Virus record (IMG/VR): IMGVR_UViG_3300022213_000237
Location: 96,001 to 160,000 of that record
Direction: 5' to 3' (one strand)
Length of the DNA: 64,000 nucleotides
Source: a virus
Shown: piece after piece, positions 55,554-63,126 of the stretch
Layout of the letters: each line of letters opens with the position of its first letter
Position numbering within the stretch: position 1 is the stretch's first letter
The notes under the pieces: model-generated
Database searches by the model: none
What the model was told of the DNA's origin: nothing
What the model saw: only the letters and a program-made list of their open reading frames with translations
Made by a program: the position numbers and the translations under genes

Positions 55554-58500
55554 GCTAACTAAATCGATGGTTATTGATGGAATTGCAGCTTCACAAGCTA
55601 TTGATTCTTCAGGTGAAATCTTAGACATCGAAGGCTTAGATATTTCGTCAGTTAAAGAGGGTACGGCTCAAATAAATTACGAGCACCGCTCTGATTCGTC
55701 TGATGGGGCGAGCGCCAATGATATTATTGGCCATATCACTTACGCGAAGAAGATTTTTGGTCCCAAAGACTGCGAAAACGACCGACAACTTAAGTACTGG
55801 AATTCGGTCCAGTTACCGTTTGTGTACATCAAAGCCGAGCTTTTTGACGGTGAGGGGCATGTCGGAGCACAGGCAGCGGCGGCATTGATTCGATATTACC
55901 ACCTCCGACGCCTACCCCTTGTGGCGAGATACTCAATCGAGGGATCTACTTTAAAACGAGAAGGCAACACCCTCAAACGCTCTATAATGAAGAGGGTTTC
56001 TCTCACCGTAAAACCTTGTAATCGTTCATGCATTTCTGGTGTTCTTTCCGATGGCGAAAAACCCGAAGCTTCACCAGACGCGCTTGAAAGTCTTAAGCGT
56101 TTTGAGAATCCAGGTCGTGCGAAACTCGGCGGCTACGAAGGCGAATTCGAACCCGTGGTTTTAGACCCTCTTCAGAAGATGAGAGACGCGGTGGAATCGC
56201 TGCGTGAGATGAATAATCTCAATAAAGCTCTTTCAGCTGGCGGCTTTGATGCTGTCCCTACAACTCTTACTGGCGGAGCCGCACTTTCGGCTGAGAATTT
56301 TGGCGACGTTGAGAAGAGAAAGAAATTTATTAAGAATCAGGTTCTTGGCGCCGTACGTGATTGGCGAGGTCGTGGTGACCTTCGGAAGTTTCTGAAGCAT
56401 CGTATGCCCGACGCATCAGAGGACTTCATCAATCATTTTGCTGCTCTGGTCGAAGACTATCAACTTAAGAAGTTTGCCGACCTTGAAGCCAACCTAAATA
56501 AGGCAGTAGCTGGCGGCGCCGTTGCAGGTAAGACTCCAGCGGCTGCGATACAGCCCGCAGACAAACTGGCACCAAAGAAACCTGATTCTAAGGTCCAGAC
56601 CAAGGCCAAGGCACAAAAGCTGGCGACCGTGGAGCAACATCACGCCAAAGTCAAAGCCACACAAGAAAACGAAGATAACCTAACCGAAGCCGACCTTGGC
56701 GATCAACCTTTAACCGTGCGCGGTAAAGCGGTACGCGCGAACGACAATATCACGTCTCCTCATTTTGATGAGCGAACAGGTACTCTACACACTCAACGCG
56801 GGTCCTTCAAGATGTACTTGCCGCAGGAAGATAAATTCCCAGGCGCTTTAGAGTCATTCCATAACGCTCTGAATGATCCAAAGGCTACTCATTTCCATGA
56901 CTACGCTACCAGTAATTGGCTGAAGGTTCACAAACTTCTTAAGGAGGGTCGTCTGCCTCCGGAAGTGATTATGCACAGTGTGTTGTTTTCACAACTGAGT
57001 CCCAATACACCTGTCCCCATGCAGGAGCTAATGTACGGACATTTAGTGGACACCATGAAGGAAAAAGGGGTAGATGCCCGTTCGCCTTCATTCTCTTCTA
57101 TTAAAGACGATTGGATAGGCAGAGATACCGGTAAGAAATTCCCTGAAGTGGCGGGAGATTTTTTCCAACAGAATCAAGGAATCCGTCTCAAAAACCCAAC
57201 ATCTACTAGAGAAGCTGGAGATATGGGGAGTTTCATGCTTGCGAACAACAAGTTCAAAAACATGGAACAGTATCATGGTCTCCATAATTCGTTAGTGGAG
57301 CTGTTTGGTCGTCATAGTACCGATGCCCGCGCAGCCGTTTCCGAGCTTATGGGTCATAAGCATAAAGCCAACTTGTGGGAAGCAAGGCGTGCTCGCGAAA
57401 TCGAGAAAGGTAGACCCGATCCTGGTGAATATGCCGATGGCCCAGCAGTCCCAGGCCTAGCACCAAAGACTGGACGCTACATGGCGGCCATGATTGGCGG
57501 CGGCAACGTCCACGTGCCAGATACCCATTTTGCCCGTTATTTATTTGGTCTCGAGAAGGGTACGGATAAGCGTTCAATTGCTTACCTCAAAAACACTTTA
57601 TGGAATCCCAACAACAGTCACGTTCTTGAGGGTATCGATCGTTTTTACGCCACGAATCACCCAGCTGTCCAGCACATGATGGATCATCCTGTTTTTGGTA
57701 AACAGTTTGCTTCCCGCGAAGACGCTATTTTCCCCGCGTTCTGGAAGAATTGGATAGCTATCGCACCACACGAGCGAGCACGCAAAATGAAGACCATGGC
57801 TTACAACGAAGCCACGGACCATAAACCTTTCTGGGAAGCCATCGCTCCATTTACGAAAGCAGAAAACGACGATGTGAGCTTTGACTTTGGTGCTAATGCG
57901 GACACACATGCACATGCGCGTAAGGTTGTTAATCGATTACGAGAACCTAATCGTTCTGTGGGTCATGCTTTTGTGGATTATGTTGTTGGCAAGTCCCCAA
58001 AACGTCCAGATATTCACCCCGACCTGGAACGACATCTAGCTCGTCACGGCATTGTTGATCCAGCTGGATACGGATTCGATGAATCTGGCCGCAGTATGCG
58101 CCGACCTATTCCGGGTCCGCGTAAAATTGGTCGCGGCGAGGAGCCTCGAGACCTACACAGATTCAGGATGATGAATCGTGGCTGGGATCCCGGCTACGTC
58201 AAAGGCGAGCTAGAGAAGTCTGAATCCGGAAATACATTGCCGCAGCAAACGGCACGGCTGCATGCTCAATGGGTTGAGCAATACGGCGAGATTCCGGCGC
58301 AAATGCTATACTACGCTCACATCGTTCCTCAGCTGTTGCGCGCGAGCCGCAGAAACGAGAACGTGATTGTCAAGTTTCAGCGTATAGCCGAAGATTTACG
58401 TAAGGCCGTACCTCAAGACCCGCCATTGCCAGAATTACCTAAACACGACACCACAGGCTTACATGAGTTTCAGAATTCTTGGACTAAGCCCGGTGAAATC

Positions 58501-59622
58501 GAACTAACAGCCGGCCCATTCAAAGGCAGTAAGCTCGCATATCTTGGTAAGGATAGCTTGAAAGGTAAGCATTTTGCTAAAGCCCCGACCGGCGAACTAC
58601 ATACTCTACCATTTAGTCAGGAAGGCAAGGCGTTCAAAATCAATGTTCCGCCTCAACCCGTCAAATTGCCGGCGTATGTGGATGCAAATCAACATAGCGA
58701 TCCTCTTAATAAGACGTTTGCTCAGAAGTCGCTCTTACACGGCATTGATATCAATGATCGTGTGGGTCGCATCGAAACCGAAACACTTACGTCCAGCGCC
58801 CCAGGTGCCGGTTGGTATAAGAATCATGCGGGTGAGATGGGTTTGGTCAAACCTGATCCAAAAGGGGCTGCAGATTGGTGGGCTGATGAAGATCCAGAGT
58901 ATGTTCGTGCTCAAAAATCTTACGACTTGCCAAGTCGTGAAGCTTTGTATCCGGTCATGGCCAAAGAATTTTTCGGCATGGGTCAATATGTGCCCACTAC
59001 CGCCAAGTTTACTCATCCTAAGACGGGCGAGCCTATGTCCGTTCAGCAGCGAGTTGCTGGCGCCGAACATGTCGACATAGATGACGACGACCACGCCTAC
59101 AATTTACACAAACTCTACAGTCAAGGCGAGTTAGATAAGTTAGGCCTCATGGATATCTTGATGGGTAATAATGATCGCCATCAAGGTAATTTTATGATGA
59201 CTTCAAAAGAGCCACATGTTCATCTAATAGATAACGGATTATCTTTGGATTACAAGAATCCGTTGATACCTCACGAAGTATGGCTATCTCATCAATGGAT
59301 GACTGACCATATGCATGGGCATCCCAGCTTCGGCGCTCATCCGATTCATGCAGCCGCCACCAACTGGTTGCTTGGATTGGATCATGGAGAATTTGTTAAA
59401 CAACTTCTTAACCATGGTGTTCCCGAAAACATTGTCAAGCATGCGTCGCGACGCATGCAGGCTCTACAATTAGAAGCTGCGCAATCAAAACTCGACCCCG
59501 CGCAGCCGTTTACACGGGCCCGCGCTGGCCACGTTGTCGATAACCTCAATGGATTTGTCAATCGTTGGGGTTCACCATTTGTAGCGGCAAAACCTAAGGC
59601 CACAAATTCGGACTCAGAGTAA
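55546..59622 (+). CDS. Prohead protease polyprotein (protease + HhH-GPD-like + kinase-like domains)
   Basis: N-terminal HK97-type protease (GIAASQAIDSSGE, INYEH, YSIEG, VSLTVKPCN); VPGLAPKTG..VPDTHFAR; C-terminal DILMGNNDRHQGN..LIDNG. Confidence 0.8.
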   Translation: MNKLTKSMVIDGIAASQAIDSSGEILDIEGLDISSVKEGTAQINYEHRSDSSDGASANDIIGHITYAKKIFGPKDCENDRQLKYWNSVQLPFVYIKAELFDGEGHVGAQAAAALIRYYHLRRLPLVARYSIEGSTLKREGNTLKRSIMKRVSLTVKPCNRSCISGVLSDGEKPEASPDALESLKRFENPGRAKLGGYEGEFEPVVLDPLQKMRDAVESLREMNNLNKALSAGGFDAVPTTLTGGAALSAENFGDVEKRKKFIKNQVLGAVRDWRGRGDLRKFLKHRMPDASEDFINHFAALVEDYQLKKFADLEANLNKAVAGGAVAGKTPAAAIQPADKLAPKKPDSKVQTKAKAQKLATVEQHHAKVKATQENEDNLTEADLGDQPLTVRGKAVRANDNITSPHFDERTGTLHTQRGSFKMYLPQEDKFPGALESFHNALNDPKATHFHDYATSNWLKVHKLLKEGRLPPEVIMHSVLFSQLSPNTPVPMQELMYGHLVDTMKEKGVDARSPSFSSIKDDWIGRDTGKKFPEVAGDFFQQNQGIRLKNPTSTREAGDMGSFMLANNKFKNMEQYHGLHNSLVELFGRHSTDARAAVSELMGHKHKANLWEARRAREIEKGRPDPGEYADGPAVPGLAPKTGRYMAAMIGGGNVHVPDTHFARYLFGLEKGTDKRSIAYLKNTLWNPNNSHVLEGIDRFYATNHPAVQHMMDHPVFGKQFASREDAIFPAFWKNWIAIAPHERARKMKTMAYNEATDHKPFWEAIAPFTKAENDDVSFDFGANADTHAHARKVVNRLREPNRSVGHAFVDYVVGKSPKRPDIHPDLERHLARHGIVDPAGYGFDESGRSMRRPIPGPRKIGRGEEPRDLHRFRMMNRGWDPGYVKGELEKSESGNTLPQQTARLHAQWVEQYGEIPAQMLYYAHIVPQLLRASRRNENVIVKFQRIAEDLRKAVPQDPPLPELPKHDTTGLHEFQNSWTKPGEIELTAGPFKGSKLAYLGKDSLKGKHFAKAPTGELHTLPFSQEGKAFKINVPPQPVKLPAYVDANQHSDPLNKTFAQKSLLHGIDINDRVGRIETETLTSSAPGAGWYKNHAGEMGLVKPDPKGAADWWADEDPEYVRAQKSYDLPSREALYPVMAKEFFGMGQYVPTTAKFTHPKTGEPMSVQQRVAGAEHVDIDDDDHAYNLHKLYSQGELDKLGLMDILMGNNDRHQGNFMMTSKEPHVHLIDNGLSLDYKNPLIPHEVWLSHQWMTDHMHGHPSFGAHPIHAAATNWLLGLDHGEFVKQLLNHGVPENIVKHASRRMQALQLEAAQSKLDPAQPFTRARAGHVVDNLNGFVNRWGSPFVAAKPKATNSDSE

Positions 59623-59626
59623 AGAT

Positions 59627-60079
59627 ATGATCTCCAACGGCATCTACAGACTATATAAGCTCCATCACGATGAGCTAAACAATACGACCCGGAGTCTAGC
59701 TGGACGAATTCTCGTACACGATGGGCAGATTGAGCACCTTGAAGATCATGGCGGCATGGACCGTTTACTACCCTCAGGTCCAGTCACTCCCGCGTTGGAG
59801 CGCAGATTCTCTCGTCTCACCTCCAGCGGTTACCACGAATTAATTAACGAAGCCGACATCGCGGCGGGCCATCATCCCGACGAAGTACAAGACCTAGATG
59901 TAGGTCCTGTTGAAGCAGAACATAAATTCATCATGACTGGCGATGGGGTTTCTACACCCGCAATGGTGGAAATGTGGGACGACATTATTACCGTCGATGG
60001 TCGTGAACTTGATGCTGTCGAAGCACACTCCCTACTCAATGAAGTAGCTGGCGGTAGGATTGTTCTTACACCAATCTAA
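59627..60079 (+). CDS. Hypothetical protein in head module
   Basis: 150-aa ORF. Confidence 0.55.
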   Translation: MISNGIYRLYKLHHDELNNTTRSLAGRILVHDGQIEHLEDHGGMDRLLPSGPVTPALERRFSRLTSSGYHELINEADIAAGHHPDEVQDLDVGPVEAEHKFIMTGDGVSTPAMVEMWDDIITVDGRELDAVEAHSLLNEVAGGRIVLTPI

Positions 60080-60108
60080 GATCTATCGCTATCCCGAGCA
60101 TAGGAACC

Positions 60109-61335
60109 ATGAGCAAAAATATTCTTAAACTTTTTGACGACCTCAAAAAAATGGACCCAACGCTCTCGCAAGCATTGGCAAATATTCGTGCTGGTCGCGC
60201 TACGCCTCAAGATGCAGATGTAGTCAGCAGGGGCCTATACACAGACACGATGATTCCGCGTATTGGCAATAAATACGCTTATAATGATCATGTTTCTCGA
60301 CACGCAAATGATGGCATCCATACCCATTTAGATTTAAACGATTTTCGTCAAATCAATAAACAGCATGGCCAGCAACACGGGGACGCCGCCATTAAACAAT
60401 TTGGTAACATTGCAGCCGACGTATCCCGCATGTTTGGCGGCAAAATGCATCGCCGTGGCGGCGACGAGTTTTCTGCTTGGTTTCATCGTCCGGAAGCTGC
60501 GCACGGGTTTGCGCGCGAACTCAGAAATCGGTTAGAGAAAACTCCTAAAGTCGCGGGTACACACAATCTCGCAGCTTCTATCGGTATCGGCTACACACCA
60601 GAGCATGCCGAGAAGGCCTTACTCGAGGCCAAAAAGCAACTTGGTTCCACGGATCCAACTACAGGTCAACGTGTTAATGTGCATAGTGTAGGAAACGCTC
60701 CTACCGTAATCCATAGCTTGACTCACGAACAGCCTCCCGAAAACTGGAAGCCATCTAAAGGTCAGGCGCCCGGCCAAGCCAAAGAGTTGCCATCTTTAGC
60801 TCCAGCCGGATTACAATTTAATAACCCGCTCGCAAAAAGTACTGCTAAACAGCCGGTACCCTCAAAACATCCGGCTCTAGAAGGTGGAAGAGTAGGTATC
60901 ATGACTGGTGAAAATCCTTTTCATCCGGCTACCGCCTCTGGCGGGAACGCGGGTCTCGAAAACGAGTTACGGAGTAGGGGGTTGCGTTTTGAGAAGGTTA
61001 AGGGAAAGTATTCTGAAGGTGAGCCAGAAAATAGTTTCATCATTCACGACGTCGATGCTCCAACGCTAATGGATTTAGGTAAACGCTACGGGCAAGACAG
61101 CGTACTCCATTCTCATAATGGTACTCATAAACTAATTTACACAAACGGACCTAATGAAGGCACATATCACCCTGGTCACGGATTAACGGTTCATCCACAA
61201 GAGCCGGAAATGTACTATTCGACCTTAGTCCATAATGGGAATCCGGTTCACTTCACTATGAACTTGGATTTTGATCAGAAACTTCCTTTGTCTTCTCATT
61301 CGACTCAGAAGCCTTCGAACCACGAGCAGCAATAA
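60109..61335 (+). CDS. GGDEF diguanylate cyclase-like protein with C-terminal DUF3293-like domain
   Basis: D..PRIGNK, DLNDFRQIN..HG..HGD, RGGDEF, ASIGI; C-terminal IMTGENP..L..RG..E.SF..GKRYGQDSV. Confidence 0.85.
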   Translation: MSKNILKLFDDLKKMDPTLSQALANIRAGRATPQDADVVSRGLYTDTMIPRIGNKYAYNDHVSRHANDGIHTHLDLNDFRQINKQHGQQHGDAAIKQFGNIAADVSRMFGGKMHRRGGDEFSAWFHRPEAAHGFARELRNRLEKTPKVAGTHNLAASIGIGYTPEHAEKALLEAKKQLGSTDPTTGQRVNVHSVGNAPTVIHSLTHEQPPENWKPSKGQAPGQAKELPSLAPAGLQFNNPLAKSTAKQPVPSKHPALEGGRVGIMTGENPFHPATASGGNAGLENELRSRGLRFEKVKGKYSEGEPENSFIIHDVDAPTLMDLGKRYGQDSVLHSHNGTHKLIYTNGPNEGTYHPGHGLTVHPQEPEMYYSTLVHNGNPVHFTMNLDFDQKLPLSSHSTQKPSNHEQQ

Positions 61336-61567
61336 AACAGATCTTACATTGTGCCCGATTAGGGTAGAAGCATAAATCCGCCGGCAGAAGCTGCTGACAG
61401 ATTTTACATTGTTTTAATCCACACGGAATTTTTTGTCGCCGTTTAACTCTACACAGACGACAATGACTTTGTACCGGCCTTATTCTATCTGGTGATTTTT
61501 TCAGATGGAATTCTGATTCATCTTTTTCAAGACCGCATTTCGAGCATTTGTATTTTTTGTTGGTCAC
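61256..61567 (-). CDS. Small double Zn-finger protein
   Basis: CSKC..EF..QSHCRLC and CKIC..CKIC. Confidence 0.6.
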   Translation of the reverse strand: MTNKKYKCSKCGLEKDESEFHLKKSPDRIRPVQSHCRLCRVKRRQKIPCGLKQCKICQQLLPADLCFYPNRAQCKICFIAARGSKASESNEKTKEVSDQNPSS

Positions 61568-61672
61568 ATTGAAAAGATTACTGTTTCATTTTTGGTGATC
61601 CGTTAAAGCCCCAATCTCCCAGAATGTAAGAGGGAACTATCCTCTTTAAAACTTCTTTCAAGGAGCTAACAG

Positions 61673-62122
61673 ATGGCCGCCACACAAAAAGCCGTTGCTA
61701 TTGCACGCCAACTTGCTGAAAACCTCGCACTTCGCACCGGCCTCGCTGCCGTTTCGGGCGTTGACGCATCAGGTAACCCCACTATCGCCCTGGGCACTCA
61801 GTCTGCTGGACAGCAGGCCGCGTTTATCCGCGTGAAGCAAGACTATGATCCTGCTCTCGAAGTGGACGGCGTCGGTAACGCTCAACGTCGCTACACCCCC
61901 CACGTTATTCAGGTGGTTCTTGAGACCTCGACGATTGCCAACGTTCCTCTTATGACCGGTGCAAATCAGGTCATGATGTGGAAAGAGGTTGAAGTGTTCG
62001 GCACCAAGATCCAGCTCTACATGACCGCCAATACGACTGCTGTCAGCGTCACCGGTATCGATGCTGCCAACTTGAAGGCGACCGTGGATGATCTCTGGCA
62101 GCCGATGTTGTCGACCATCTAA
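61673..62122 (+). CDS. Probable head structural protein
   Basis: AAGGAG RBS; upstream of scaffold and capsid genes. Confidence 0.5.
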   Translation: MAATQKAVAIARQLAENLALRTGLAAVSGVDASGNPTIALGTQSAGQQAAFIRVKQDYDPALEVDGVGNAQRRYTPHVIQVVLETSTIANVPLMTGANQVMMWKEVEVFGTKIQLYMTANTTAVSVTGIDAANLKATVDDLWQPMLSTI

Positions 62123-62161
62123 TTCGTCTTCCCACCCTTCACTCTTTACTACGAGTCTACA

Positions 62162-63088
62162 ATGCCTAAAAAGACTTACACAAACGAAGAGCTGAACGCG
62201 CTGGTGGCCGAGTTTTCCGCAGAGTTCGACCAGCTCGTTAAAGCAGAAGTCGCAAAAAGCGGTGCTGCTTTAGCCAAGTCTGAAGAACTTCGTAAGGACG
62301 ATGAGTCCAGCGATGGAGATGACCAGAAGTCGCCTCCTCCAGACAGCGCTTCCGCAGATGCTTCTTCACCTGCTCCGGCAGCTTCCGCAACTTCTCCAGA
62401 CCCAGCTTCTCCTGCAGACGCTTCGGCACCTCCTGCAGACGCTTCGGCACCTCCGGCTCCCGACGCTTCTGCTTCTGCTCCGGCAGACCCCGCAGCTTCT
62501 GCGGCAGGAAGCGATCCTATGGCGGCTCTGACTCAGGCGTATTCGCAACTCTCTCCAGATGAGTTGGCTATGCACTTTCAGGCGCTTAAGCAGGTTCTTA
62601 TGGCCGGTCAAGCTGGCGCCGAAGGCGCTGGAATGCCCGCAGACCCTATGGCAGGCTCTTCTGCTCCGGCTGCAGGTCCAGCAGCAGTAGCTCCTCTCGC
62701 AGGAGAAGGAAGCCAGCCTGTCGATCCAGCATCGACGATGGCGCTCAAGAGCGAAAACGAAGAATTGACTCTCGTCAAGTCTGAGCGTGATGCCGCCGCA
62801 ATGAAAATTGCGGAACTTGAGAAGTCCGTTGCTGCACTTACCGATTCACTCGGCAAAGTGTTGGCTCAGCCGATGCGAAAATCAATCACCGGCAAAGACA
62901 TCGCAGGTGTTCTTGCTACTGACCCGAAACCGGCTCCTAAGTATGAGTCGATGACGAAGTCTGAAATTACTAAAAAGCTACTCACTGTAGCTAACGACCC
63001 CGCACTGAAGAAGTCGGATCGTCAACTGATTAACAACTATTACAAGGGTGAAGCAAATGTCGAAGCCCTTGCACACCTTCTCAGCTAA
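62162..63088 (+). CDS. Capsid scaffold protein
   Basis: Ala/Pro/Asp low-complexity and coiled segments, many xxK-S motifs, directly before the capsid gene. Confidence 0.75.
   Translation: MPKKTYTNEELNALVAEFSAEFDQLVKAEVAKSGAALAKSEELRKDDESSDGDDQKSPPPDSASADASSPAPAASATSPDPASPADASAPPADASAPPAPDASASAPADPAASAAGSDPMAALTQAYSQLSPDELAMHFQALKQVLMAGQAGAEGAGMPADPMAGSSAPAAGPAAVAPLAGEGSQPVDPASTMALKSENEELTLVKSERDAAAMKIAELEKSVAALTDSLGKVLAQPMRKSITGKDIAGVLATDPKPAPKYESMTKSEITKKLLTVANDPALKKSDRQLINNYYKGEANVEALAHLLS
62411..62452 (+). repeat. 21-bp perfect tandem repeat in scaffold (PADASAP x2)
   Basis: cctgcagacgcttcggcacct twice. Confidence 0.9.
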
Positions 63089-63126
63089 TCCCTGAGATTT
63101 CATCTTCCCGTAAAGGAGATTACACA

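Noticed and set aside
60340-60470. GGDEF as a Hypr-type cGAMP synthase or a Cas10-like domain
   Set aside because: It keeps the Asp at the guanine-specificity position and has GGDEF rather than GGDD; no CRISPR context.
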